A stretch of DNA of 61,151 nt, filler included, from Basidiobolus ranarum (lineage: Eukaryota): the NCBI GenBank assembly GCA_040143965.1. It is 16 parts of 16 records of this genome, joined end to end, with 100 filler letters (N's around TTAATTAATTAA, not from the genome) between each part and the next. Parts side by side here need not be neighbours in the genome. Positions count along the whole stretch, not along the records: positions 23,023 to 26,753 come from JASJQH010002312.1; positions 26,854 to 30,581 come from JASJQH010002313.1; positions 30,682 to 34,409 come from JASJQH010002314.1; positions 34,510 to 38,236 come from JASJQH010002315.1; 12 more parts are not named here. One strand, 5' to 3'. Shown here in pieces: positions 23,923 through 36,530 of the stretch (positions within the stretch are counted from its first letter, which is position 1; each line of letters begins with the position of its first letter). Below the pieces are notes generated by a model that had not been told where the DNA came from, did no database searches, and saw only the letters and a list, made by a program, of their open reading frames with translations. The position numbers and the translations under genes were made by a program.

Positions 23923-26753
23923 ATGTCAAAAGAAGCAGCTAAAATCCCTGTTCCATCTCAAGATCCTGAACCAAAAAAGGAGAAACAAAGAGAGGAACGT
24001 CAAACACCAAACACTACCAAGAATGATAGTAAAGAGCCAGCTGAAGAGGAATTGGTACAGTTTTATTTACTACCTTAGCTAATATTCATCTTTTACTTGT
24101 TGCTAACTCGGATATCTTTTCTATCTTCAGTCTGAAGAAGATCAACAGTTGAAAAACGATCTAGAGATGCTCGTTGAAAGACTCAAGGTAAAGTTTTCTA
24201 ACAAATAGTGATCGTTTAACTTGAATATGAATATTATGTTACTACAATAATAGTATACTAGAATCTAAATTTTATATACTACGGGAAACACAGGATTCAG
24301 ATGTATCACTCTATAGACCCTCTCTAGAAACTCTTCGTACTCTAATTAGAACCGCTACTACATCTATGACCTCTGTGCCTAAACCTTTGAAATTCTTAAG
24401 ACCTCATTACCAAGAAGTCATTGGAATTTACGATAGCTGGGCTGATAGTGAAGAAAAGGTAAAGGCACAACAAAAGATGTATTTGCATGTAATGTATTAA
24501 CCAATGTATCTTATCAAAACAGCGCCTTTTAGCTGATATATTGTCTCTTTTGGCTATGACATATTCAGATGATGGCCTAAGAATGTCCTTGAAATATAGA
24601 ATCCTTGGTTCTTCAGATCAATTAGAATCTTGGGGTCATGAATATATTCGGTACACATCAATCTTTCCTTTCATTTTACAAGTAAATCTTTCAGCTTTAC
24701 TAACATTTTGATTAGTCATTTATCAGGTGAAATTGGCCAAGAATATGCCAAACGTATCGAGAATGACGAGCCATACGATGATCTTATGAAACTAGCCTTT
24801 GAAGTTGTCCCCTTCTTCCTAAAGCACAACGCAGAAGCTGATGCAGTAGATCTCCTTCTTGAACTTGAGGCAATTGAAAAATTGCCCGAGTATGTTGACC
24901 GAGATACCTATTCTAGAGTCTGCTTGTATATGGTCAGCTGTGTTTCTCTCTTGGCCCCACCTGATGATGTCTTATTCTTGAAAACAGCTCGTACCATTTA
25001 CCTCCAACAAAACAAATTGCCCCAAGCTCTCTCTTTAACCATTAAGTTGAATGACATGGACTTGATTAGAGACGACTTCAATTCCTGTGAAGATCCATTC
25101 CTCAAGAAACAATTGGCCTTCATTCTCGCTCGTCAACAAATCTCCATTGAGACTGAGGATGAGGAGTTGGCTGAGTGTTTGAACAATACTCGTCTCTCCG
25201 AGCACTTTATTGCATTGGCCAAGGAGTTGGATGTAATGGAGCCCAAAACTCCCGAAGACATTTATAAGACCCACCTAGAAAATATCCGCTCTGGCCTGGG
25301 AGGAAATGTCGATTCTGCTCGTCAAAATCTTGCATCTACTTTTGTCAACGCTTTCGTCAATGCTGGCTTCGGCAGTGATAAATTGATGACAACCTCTGAT
25401 GATGCCAATTCTTGGATCTATAAGAACAAAGAGCATGGTATGCTAAGTGCTGCTGCTTCTCTAGGGATGATTTTGTTGTGGGATGTTGATGTTGGTTTGT
25501 CTCAAATTGATAAATATTTATATTCCAACGATGATTATATCAAGGGTGGAGCTCTTCTTGCGATCGGTATCGTCAGTTCTCGAGTCCGTAGTGAGACAGC
25601 TCCTGCGTATGCCCTTTTACAAGATTACTTGGAAGATAAAAGCACTCCTATCAAGATCGGTGCCATAGTCGGTCTTGGACTTGCTTATGCAGGCTCCAAC
25701 AGAGAGGATTTGTCTGAGTTGCTCTCTCAAATTGTTAGTGATACTTCCGTCTCTATGGAAGTTGCAGGACTGGCCGCTCTTTCACTTGGTCTTATATTTG
25801 TAGGATCTTGTGATGGTGATATTACTAGCACAATTCTCCAAACTATGATGGAAAGAGATGATCTTCAATTAAAGGAAACTCACTCTCGTTTCATGGGATT
25901 AGGTCTTGGTCTTCTATATTTAGCCAAGCAAGAAGCTGCTGAAGCCACCATTGAAACTTTGAAGGCTATCGAGCACCCTATCGGTAAGCAAGTCGAGGTT
26001 TTGGTGGAAGTTTGTGCCTACGCTGGTACTGGTAATGTCTTGAAGGTGCAAAAGATGCTTCATCATTGCACTTATCATCTAGACAAAGAAAAGGGCGAAG
26101 ATGATCTTCATCAGGCTTTTGCTGTTTTGGGTGTCGCTTTGATCGCTATGGGAGAAGACAGTGGAGCTGAGATGTCATTGAGAACCTTTAATCATTTAAT
26201 GCATTATGGTGAACCGGTCATCAGAAGAGCCGTTCCTCTTGCTTTGGGACTTCTTTGTGCTTCCAATCCTCTTATTAATGTTCTCGACACATTAAGCAAA
26301 TACTCCCATGATAATGATACTGATGTTGCAATCAACGCTATCTTTGCCATGGGTCTTGTCGGCGCTGGTCCTAACAATGCTAGACTTGCGCAAATGCTTA
26401 GACAACTTGCCTCCTATTACCATAAGGAGCCAAATAGTTTATTCATAGTTCGTATTGCCCAAGGTTTGTTGCACATGGGCAAGGGTACTATGACCATTAA
26501 CCCCATTCACTCCGATCGTACTTTAATGTCACCCACTGCTGTTGCTGGTATTCTTTCCGTCCTTGTTGCCTTTACAGACGCCAAGAGCACAATCTTTAGC
26601 AAGTCCCATTATCTTCTCTACAATTTGGTAAACGCCATGTATCCTAGATTCTTGATTACTTTGGATGAGAATCTCAAGAGCTTCCCTGTAACTGTTCGTG
26701 TTGGTCAAGCTGTAGATGTGGTTGGTCAGGCAGGTAGACCCAAAACCATTACT
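23923..26753 (+). CDS. RPN1: 26S proteasome regulatory subunit RPN1 (PSMD2), 3'-partial
   Basis: ATG at 23923 and four short 5' introns. [62 protein letters not shown] and [20 protein letters not shown]. Confidence 0.98.
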
Positions 26754-27863
26754 NNNNNNNNNNNNNNNNNNNNNNNNNNNNNNNNNNNNNNNNNNNNTTA
26801 ATTAATTAANNNNNNNNNNNNNNNNNNNNNNNNNNNNNNNNNNNNNNNNNNNNGTGAAAGACATCTACATAATACGACCCGTACGAAATCAATTTAATCT
26901 GACGCCCAGATTTACTTGAACTTAGAGATGCCTTAGTTGCAACAAGGACATTTGGAGAACTTGCCACCAGATATGGGTTATGGTATGGCAATCTTCGGTT
27001 TCCTTGTCTATTTCAACGCCTCAAGGCTTAAACTCTCCGATTAGTGATGTGCTTGAACAGCTGCACCAGTTTCGGAGCATAAGCAGGAGGAATCTTAAAA
27101 TTCTAGCGCAGAAAGATAACCAATACAGCTCATGGTGCTCCTGATTGGTGTCTCAGATTCCATTGGAGGTACAGTTGATAACAAACCAAGAAGTTTCTAT
27201 CCTTAGTTTCTTAGCAGCAATTACCCGCGTATGAACCGTCGTTCTGGCTTGTCTGCAATCTGCAGTTTGGTAAGGATCATCAACAATCAACGAAAAAATG
27301 GCCAGCACCAATCAAGAGAAAGGTTAGAATGGTAAGTGGCCTGTTTTTAGAATATATGCTGGTAGGTTATACTTCGGGGTGAATTGATTTTGGAGCTACA
27401 TGATATAAATACCTACCTATTCCTCTCTTTATCTCTATCCATACTTAATCTATAGCAGCATATTGCCTAATTAGCACCATATCCAGCCGAACCAACCAGG
27501 CAACGCCAAACGAGTCACATGCTGTAGATGCAAAGAATCAAACACACTAACAATCTTTGCCTATGCAGGAGGGCTTTTACCAATTAGGTTCACATGAATA
27601 GCTTTTTGTGGTGCACACCATTTCCCTAAAGGAGTCTGTCCTCAGCCATACAGACCCGATCAACAATTCAATTGTTTGAATATGTGACTGCTTTATAGGA
27701 CGGGGCTAGTCACTTGGCATTTTCGATAAACTCCTTTTAAAGATCTACAGAGCAAAGCACAACTGGTATCAATAGTCGGCTTTTAACTCTCAATATTACT
27801 CCGAATTTGCTTAAAAGTGCTGGGCTCATCTGAGATTCTTCCTATCTTCCCTTCTTCTGAGAT

Positions 27864-29142
27864 ATGATGAACAAGAAACCTATATTTAAGAATGATTACC
27901 CTCCTGGCCATTTGAGAACCTTAGTATTGTCGTATTTCGTAGACTGGGTCATTGTTGCCCTTCTTGCTCTGGGGTTTTTCCTGGTCGACAAGATCCCTCC
28001 TTTCCATCGACTATTTTCGTTGGAAAACAAGACCATCAGTTTTCCCCACAAGCAATTCGACACTATACCTATGAGTCTAGCCTTTGTGAGAAATGGCGCA
28101 AGCTCTAATACATTTTCTGTTTCAACATCCTCACTAACTTTTTCATGATCGTCTTCAGATTTTGGTTTTTGTCATTCCACTCGTTCTGATGGCGCTTATA
28201 TCTCTTTTAATCCGAAGAAGTCCCTACGATTGCCATAACGCAATACTCGGTAAGGATCATTCGTATACATGCATATGCTTCCTCACAATACTCATTACTA
28301 AGCTCTCTTCTTAGGACTATGTCTATCCATGACTTTGACTTTAATGATTACGCATGTACTTAAGGTTGGCTAGTTTTCCGTTTAAACCGGTGTATTGCTT
28401 ATCAGTTCTAAATTTCCATCACTTTCTAGGTTACGGTTGGCCGCCATCGTCCAGATTTCATTTCACGGTGTCAACCTATGAAGGAAAATGGACTAGACAG
28501 GGTAGATCCTCCATTAGGACTAACTTCTGTCGATGTTTGCACCCAGACAGATGCATATGTATTTCTCGATGGAATGAAAAGCTTTCCCAGCGGTCACACT
28601 TCTTGTAAGCTTTATTTGCACCACTTGTAGTGTAACCGTTAAATATTAACCCTAGCCATTTTCATGTAGTAAGTTTTGCCGGATTGACATTTTTTTCACT
28701 ATATCTTGCAGGAAAGCTTCATTTATTCGATGAAAGAGGACACACTTATAAGAGTTTCGTCACCGTAGCACCAATGATTGGCGCTGCGTTAATTGCAGTG
28801 TCAAGAATATGCGACTATCGCCACCATTGGCAAGATGTATTAGTCGGAGCTTTCATAGGTACTTTATCTTCACCTCAATAGAAATTTCCAAACAGCCTTT
28901 AATATTTGCCACCGTCTTCAGGGGTTTCCTGTGCCTATTTCTCATACCGTCAGTACTATCCCCACCTTGGCTCACCCAGATGCCATAAGCCGTTTTCCCC
29001 CAGAATCCCTAGACCAATTGCCAAACAGTTAGACCTCCCAGAAATCAGCAGTGAGGAATGGATGAGAATGGAAGGGGTGACGGTTACTGGCACTGATACC
29101 ACTAAACAAAGTTCCGAAGGATTATCATTATCACCGCAATGA
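27864..29142 (+). CDS. DPP1: PAP2-family lipid phosphate / diacylglycerol pyrophosphate phosphatase, multi-exon
   Basis: Spliced catalytic motifs KVTVGRHRPDF, KSFPSGHTS and SRICDYRHHWQDV, with transmembrane helices. Confidence 0.9.
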
Positions 29143-30470
29143 TGTTTCCTTTCAACCGTCGATCGGGGTATTACTCCCTAGGATTTCGATTAGAAATAGA
29201 AAATAATTAACTACCGTTTTCTTGTTGACCACTGTGCTTTAAAAAAATTCAATATATTTCCCGTGCGAGACAAACTAAGTTTGAGAGTCCCTAAGAATAG
29301 TCGAACATTTGAATGTTTGAATGTCTGTGATTTGATATGGTGGATTTTCAGTATGATCTACTCTGTGAGTCGTACCTCTTGTTCTTTAGACATTATAAAG
29401 TGAAACTTACAATTGATTTCAAATATCAAGAGTTGGGGGGCGGTCATTTTTCAGTTGTAGTTGCAGATATATACCATTTACCTAGCTGATGATTCCACTT
29501 AACCCTACAATCAGGGTCATTTTATATCAGTTACTTGACGAATGCAGCCGATTTATTATTTTATGAACGTATGAATAGGCAACATTCCACTATGAAGATT
29601 GGCCAGCTATGATACCAGATATTGATACTTTTGATTACTTTTATTTATATTATGAAGTAGTTCCGTTACTCCGCATGATGTTTATTTAGTGTGGATGGCC
29701 CTCTTCACCTTGTTACCCAACAAGTGATATAAATGAGCAACCGACATGGTTTAAGAAAACCCAGTAATACTGACACGAAACAGATAGAGTGCTATAGCTT
29801 GGTCGAATAATTTTAACTTCCAATTGCGAAAAATAATGTACACTGTTACACTTGTGATGTGAAATGTCACTACTCTTGATGTTTTTACTTAATGATGTTG
29901 GTCAAAAGTGTACAAAATACCGCGACTGGATTTGTTAATTCCAAGATATTTGTTAGATTCAGTATATTGAGAGAATTCGGGGTGTGTGGAAAGAGCTTTT
30001 ATGAAATAGAGTCATCGTGAGTTTGAGAGATGTTTATGAATTGACCAGAAATAAAGTATTTATATATTTGAAGAAAGTACCAAACGTAAGTGATGAGGTT
30101 GTACTCACAATATCTGTGGAAGTGAAAGGCGCCATTTAAATTTTCTACAGGGTAATATTTAGGTACTACATACAACTTAGATTTTAAAGAGTAAGTAGAT
30201 GACTGGATTGTAGTGTTAACAATGTCATTAATAAACTTGTTAATATTTGCTAATTTTCAAGTAAGTCTCATCCAGTTTTTGCTCTACAACTTTAAAAGTT
30301 GAATATGCACTGAGAATGCCATCGGTAATATAGAATTTTGGTCTCAGCAAGGCGATCATAAGAATTTTAAGAATTTGCAAGAATTGTATTTGATTATTAA
30401 AATATTTTTTACTGTGAATATGGATATACAATTTTGGTATTTGTATTAGCTTCCTACACATGTGAAGGAC

Positions 30471-30581
30471 TGTTGGAGGATCTTGACATAATGGGGGTAG
30501 ACTTTGAGTATTAGAAGCAACTTATGATAGTGTGTTTTAGTTAGTTTATTCTTGAGAGTATATGGTGACTTATATAGTAGA
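30471..30581 (+). repeat. LTR family C, 5' part (young)
   Basis: TGTTGGAGGATCTTGACATAATGGG..., near-identical to 38076 onward. Confidence 0.88.
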
Positions 30582-30681
30582 NNNNNNNNNNNNNNNNNNN
30601 NNNNNNNNNNNNNNNNNNNNNNNNNTTAATTAATTAANNNNNNNNNNNNNNNNNNNNNNNNNNNNNNNNNNNNNNNNNNNN

Positions 30682-31700
30682 CAGATGTAGCTTTACTCAC
30701 TGATAACAAGTTTTTTGCTATCCCAGGCACGTATAGCATGCTTTTCAGTGTCCAATATGTGTCCCCAGATATGCCCCCAAGATCCACTTTGATTTCTCCT
30801 ATTTGCCAAGCTTCTAGTACCCTGTGATCTCCCATATAAAACATTTTGTTGATGTCAGTTTTGAGTGTCTTAAACCAGTTTTTTTGGTCAGAGAAATGTT
30901 GAGAGGCTCCAGAATCAATATACCACATCCTTCAGTCTTGTACAGAGGTTGCTAATATAGCTGAAACAAACTCAACTTCTTCTTTGGTTAAAACCTGATT
31001 TGCTTATTCTGACTTCTCACTTTTGTTATAATTTCTTGATTTGCAATCTTTTAGCTGGTGTCCTGGTTTGTTATGTTTTCCAGCTCCAAAAAGAGCCACT
31101 TCCTCAGATACTTTTTCCAAACTGTTACTTCTGAGGTGTTGATCCATGAGTCTTGCCATTACAAACTCCAAAGATAATTTGTCAGATCTTGATTCCAAAG
31201 CTGTAACCAAGTTAGAAAGCTGTTTGGGTAGACTACTTAGAAGAGTCATAATGACCCCTTCTTGCTGTAATGTTGCACCAATTTTTTCCAGTTGTTTTGC
31301 CAAAGATCTCACATTTGTAATATGAATAACCATGCTTTCAGACTTTTCTGTCTTTATATTGAAGAGTTGTTGTCTGAGAAAGAATCTAGTAGCAAGACTC
31401 TGTGCTTCATAACACTCTTCCAATATAGTCCAAGCTTGATAGGAAGTCTTTGCATATTGAATATCTACAAGTTTTGATTCCTTCAAATTTGATAAATGAC
31501 ATTGAAGGCCTTCTGGTCTCTTTTGTTGTAAGCTTCCAATAAAGAAGGGTCAGAAGGTTTCTTTTATCTCCAGAGACTACATCTCAAAACTCCCTGTCTT
31601 CCAGCATAATTTGCATCTTGAACTTGTAGAAATTGTAATTTTCTCCTTCAATCTTTTCAACACCTGAGTTAATGAAAGTGGTAGTAGTGGTTCCCATCAT
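30682..31700 (-). mobile_element. Copia gag (UBN2-like) and protease, decayed
   Basis: MMGTTT...VEKIEGENYNFYKFKMQIML; ORF 31004-31486 is gag-like (TLLSSLP); protease WYIDSGASQH...MLYVPGIAKNLLSVS. Confidence 0.92.
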
Positions 31701-31719
31701 GCTGTAAAGGTTAGAACAT

Positions 31720-31732
31720 AGGGCTCATAACC
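31720..31732 (-). promoter_or_regulatory. Primer-binding site complementary to the anticodon arm of initiator tRNA-Met (Ty5/hemivirus type)
   Basis: Minus strand reads ...TTGCAATA|GGTTATGAGCCCT, 19 nt before the gag ATG. The plus strand AGGGCTCATAACC matches the fungal tRNA-iMet anticodon stem-loop. Confidence 0.85.
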
Positions 31733-31980
31733 TATTGCAAAATATGGGCTGTTTGGAGGAAATTTTGAAAAGTGCAGTTGTGAATAGCTTTTGTGAGATA
31801 ATTATTTTTTTGTCCAGAAATTGAGCATTTATAAGTTTTGGTGAAAATACAGAAAACTCACCCTGGGGTTGTGTCCAGAACATGTGTGGAAGTAAAATGA
31901 GATATCTTTGGGGCAATTTGAACATGTTTCAAGTTTCCAATATGGAATTGCTAATTCTCATGTTATTCACTTATATATGT
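31733..31980 (-). repeat. 5' LTR of the half-tRNA-primed Copia (far boundary approximate)
   Basis: Ends in CAATA (decayed CAACA) right at the primer-binding site; TATA-like TATAAAT inside. Confidence 0.6.
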
Positions 31981-31999
31981 AACGTATGTCTGATTTGCA

Positions 32000-34409
32000 G
32001 TTAAGTGATATTTGACAAAGTAATCTTGACTAACTTATATATGATAGATGAAATAGTTAGGCGTACAAAGATAGAGATAACAAATAGGATAAAGACAATA
32101 AAGCTCAACATATCCAACAAAGTGGAAGGTACAATAATTCCTGTAGTTGGCCTTTGTTGCTGTTGCATAATAGTATGCATTAAACTTGTATGTCTGTCTG
32201 GTGGCAAGCTCCATGGAGCTGGGTCTTCTCCAGATGTAAAAAGTTCACTAGTTGGTTTGGTTGACTCAGGTAAATCATGCACCATGATGCATGAGAATGT
32301 GTGCCATCCTCTCTCTGGTTCTTACTTGACTACTTGCTCTTCATCAAAAACAGGAGAAACATAATAGACTCTTCCAAGCAAACATTACTGTCAATGTGTA
32401 CTAGCTGACTAACCAACACACTGGGCTCTTCCCTTTGTTAGAGGTGTTACCCCAAATCTAGTGGTGAGTTGTGTAGATTCTTCTTGCAAAATAGATACCT
32501 TATCAGCAGTCTCTTTGATTTGGAGTGATCTAGTATGTCTGTGCAATGGTCTGGACAGCTCCAATACTCCTTTGGGAATATCATCTGAATCAATAAATTG
32601 TCTTGCTCTTCTTTATACACCTGTGTTGATTACTCTTAGCATAGTGTCCTCAAGTATTGATTTGAACTCTGCAATATCCATCAACAGTTGCTGGAAAGTA
32701 TCATTGAGTAGTGATAGATAGCTATATAGAACATCTTTTGTCTCTAAAGTTGAAGCTGCAACAGTTGCTTCTGGCCCCTACAAGCAAGAATGCAATTGGA
32801 ATCATGTCTTTGCATACTCAAAAGAAAAACTCCTATTTCCAAATTCAGACTGTCTATCCTCATGAGCTTTATTGTAGATTTTTATGCAGACTTCTGAAGG
32901 AATGACGATGGAGTATTCTCTCCAAAGCAGAATTGAAAGTTGCATCCACTTTTGTCAAATGCCCCTTTCCCCAACTTCTGTCAAGTTTCTCAATAACTCC
33001 CATATATCCAAGCAAGAATTCATAGTAGATACCATGGCATAAGAAAAATCTTAAGAATTCATAGTGGCTACTGGGGCATCTGTAAAATCATTAGTTGCAT
33101 GATGCTTTATGCCATCTACACCTTCATTTGAATGCTTGCACAAAATTTTGGAAGTGGTGATTGCATGTACCAGAGTAGGTGGTGAATCAGGATAATCTAT
33201 TTTGACATGATATGTACCAGCCATATATAGCTATGCCCTAACAGAAATTTGAGAATTGTTATTGTAGGAAAACTGTTGCAATTTTAATCCATTTTGGGCT
33301 GATCATTTACTTATCATCATAAAATTGTCAAGTTAGATTTAATTTTTATCAATTTTTTCAGTTTTGGGAGTGAAATTTTGAGATCTTGCAAAATATTTGC
33401 ACATGATTGGCTACTATCTCAGAGAACTATGGATCAACATATGTGCAAAAAACATAAGTCAAATTTTACACATTTACTATTTGAATGCTAATTTGGCATC
33501 TTCAGAATTCCTAGTTTCTTTGATATATTCTCCTAAGTGTTTTTAAGGTTCTTCTTACCTAAGGTCTAGCTCATATCCAACATCAGTTTATATCAATCTC
33601 TCTATCAAAACCCACCATTGTATTAATATTACTGAATCAACATTCTTCCAGCTATCTGGTAGATACCCTGCAATATTATGCCTCTCTGGGTCAAGTTCTT
33701 CCCCATTATCTGCACAGTAAACACCAAACTGAATGTCAAGATTAATGTTCTTCTTCTGAAGCCACTTTCTGCATACTTGCAACAAGTCTTTCCCATTATA
33801 CTTTTGAACATACTCCTCAGGTTCTTTTACTATATTCATATAACCTGGAAATGTGACACTACTGAGGAGGCTTTCCAGTGCTTCTGCAGCTTTTTGCTTG
33901 CCTTTAAGTTTCAGGCTACTCTTAACACTTTGAAAAGTACCAGTTGAAGTTGAAGAGCTGTGAGTTTTATTTGTTGGTGCTATGGCTTTTGGAGAGGTGC
34001 CAGGTGTTGGATAAACTTCCAAACTTGTTACTCTTCCAACTAGTAAACCTGGCTCCATGGCAAAGTTAAGCTTTTTTACCTGTATATCTGACACTGGATA
34101 TGTAGATCTATGCAATGGTGTGAAGAATTTGGTAAGTGAGACAGTAGAACCTGAACTCACTGGCTCCTTTGCTTTCTCCCTGGGTTTACTAACTTCCTAC
34201 TCCTTGAGTACTTCTTTAGCTGCTTTTCTTTCTTTTCCAAATTGATAATTGCATACATTTTTGAGATGTATCCCAAATGGGCCCGTTCTAGCTCATTTGA
34301 CATTTGCTTGCAAAACCCCATGATAAGCCGCATGAAATAAGTCAAGAAACTTCAGAGTAATACCTGGTTTTTGGTTTTTCCACAATTGGCTCAAGGCAAG
34401 GTGATTTTG
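32000..34409 (-). repeat. Longest copy of unclassified repeat family X
   Basis: Contains the 190-aa ORF 33588-34160. The 33060-34100 part is homologous to the copies at 15355-19380; the flanks are CpG-poor and assumed to belong to the same element. Confidence 0.7.
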
Positions 34410-34509
34410 NNNNNNNNNNNNNNNNNNNNNNNNNNNNNNNNNNNNNNNNNNNNTTAATTAATTAANNNNNNNNNNNNNNNNNNNNNNNNNNNNNNNNNNN
34501 NNNNNNNNN

Positions 34510-34638
34510 CATACTTTTTTGCTTGCTCTTTCAGAAACTATAAATGTCAACTTTCTACTGAATAAACCAATAAGTAAAAACCATCAATTCTTCTAGTTCT
34601 CCAAACCACTTCCAACAAACTCCCAAAATACTTCAACA
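34510..34638 (+). repeat. LTR family B 3' end
   Basis: Ends ...CCCAAAATACTTCAACA, the inverted complement of the TGTTGAA start; matches 11720-11839. Confidence 0.75.
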
Positions 34639-34825
34639 GTTAGGCCATTTGAAACATGACAAAACTTCACTCTATTAAAACCAATACAAACAATAAAACT
34701 AGATACAATAGTCTGCTAATACTCTGATATTAACTTTATTAGCTGCTTCTTTTTTGCTATATATGTGACAAGCCTGAATCATCTCAATTTTGTGCTCTAC
34801 TTTTATACTTTGCTATCATGTGACC

Positions 34826-36530
34826 CTAAGTAGAATCTTCATATTGTTCAATACGAATATGAAGATTGCCGGGATATGCAGTGAATAAAACCTTTTCCAT
34901 CACTGGCTCATCTGCAGGGAGTGTATCAATTAAAGAGAGCTTGAAGTTTGACGATATCATTGCAGTGAGAACGATCAGCTCTGTCTCGGCCAAATGACGC
35001 CCTGGGCACACACGTGGCCCAAAACCGAAAGTGAGGCCTAACTGATTCATAGTTTTAATTTCACCCTCTGTTTCCCCATTCTCACCTAGCCATTGCTCAG
35101 GGTTGAACTTTAGTGGTGCTGAAGTTGGCCACGAACGCAATGTTGCAACACGGCTTAGCATAAATATGTCGGTTCCTTTCTTAATCTTAACCCCTTGGAT
35201 TTCTTGATCCTTGATAGCACTCAAATGAGAGAGTGGAGCTACTGAATGAAGGCGTAGTGTTTCTTGAATAAACGAATGGACAAAAGGAATCTGACTAGCT
35301 GATGAGTTCAGGATTTTCTCAATGGTGTCGGGATCGTGGTCAATATCAAATTGATTAATATCACCAAATGCCTGCTTAACTTCAGCACGTATTCTCTCTT
35401 GGTATCTAGGGCATTTAGCAAGCTCATACAGAATCCAACTCATTACTGTTGCCGTAGTTTCTGTTGAGATTACAATTATTGATGTTAAGTGAGGCGTTAC
35501 AATACATTTAAATTTCTGCACCCAGCTTACCGTACCCAGCCATCACAACTATAAGTAAGTTCGCTTTCATCTGGCTGTGTGTCAATCTATGAATTCGTCG
35601 GCGCTTCTCTGATAAGTCGTCAGCCTCCCCGTCAACTTCAAGCGTACTCTTCATCAAAGTATCAAGTAAAGTCTGTGATTCTCGATTATCCTTAGTTTGA
35701 GTTTTGTAACGTGTTTCGATTAAAGTCTGAATTCGATGGTCAAACTCTTCTTTCATACTTTCAGCAATTCGATCTTTTTCAGATTTGTACAATTTCCAGA
35801 TAGGAAAAGTGGAGAATGCACGTTCGAATATGCGAGCAAGGAATATTTTGCTTCTTTCGAGAACGTCAGCCGAGAGAAAGTCGGCATCACCCCAGGAGAA
35901 GGAAACATCGCAAACAATTGAGAGAATAGTGGATTGAATTTCCTTCATAATAGTATCAGTCAAGTCATGACCATGGTACTGATACTTAATAGGGAATTTG
36001 GACGTTGTCGAAGCAGCAGAGTCAACATACTGTTGATCAAGTAGCACCTTCTGCTGATCCGCAATATCTGATAGCTTCCCTTGAAGTTTCTTTGAGTGGT
36101 ACCACACACATTTCTTAAACTCACGTACTTTTGTTGGAGAAAATGCGGTAGCAATCCAGTACCTGGAATGCCTCCACTCATCTCCCTCATGAGTAAATAT
36201 TCCATCCGCGTTGAAATCCTTGGCAACCTTGGCCAGACCTGCACCGCGTGAAAAGCCGTCTGGTCTGGCTTTTAGGATGTCGTGGCACATTTGGACGTCA
36301 GAGATGACAAGGCATGATTTGGTAAACAATCTCAAGTGAAATACTGGCCCGTACTCCCAAGCCCAGTTCTCTAAATCTCTAATAAGCTCTTCAAAGCGTA
36401 ACTGGAATATATGGCCAAAGAACGGATTCCCTTTAGGGCCAGGTATATGACTATAAGGACTTTTCTTGACGTAAATGGCATACGCTGCCAATAGCGCCAG
36501 GCTTACGAGTACCCCCGTTATAAACATCAT
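34826..36530 (-). CDS. Cytochrome P450, two exons
   Basis: N-terminal anchor and PGP hinge. Intron 35461-35530 (GTAAGC...CAG) restores the I-helix MAGYETT. K-helix ETLR, FNPEQW and heme motif FGFGPRVCPG. Confidence 0.96.
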
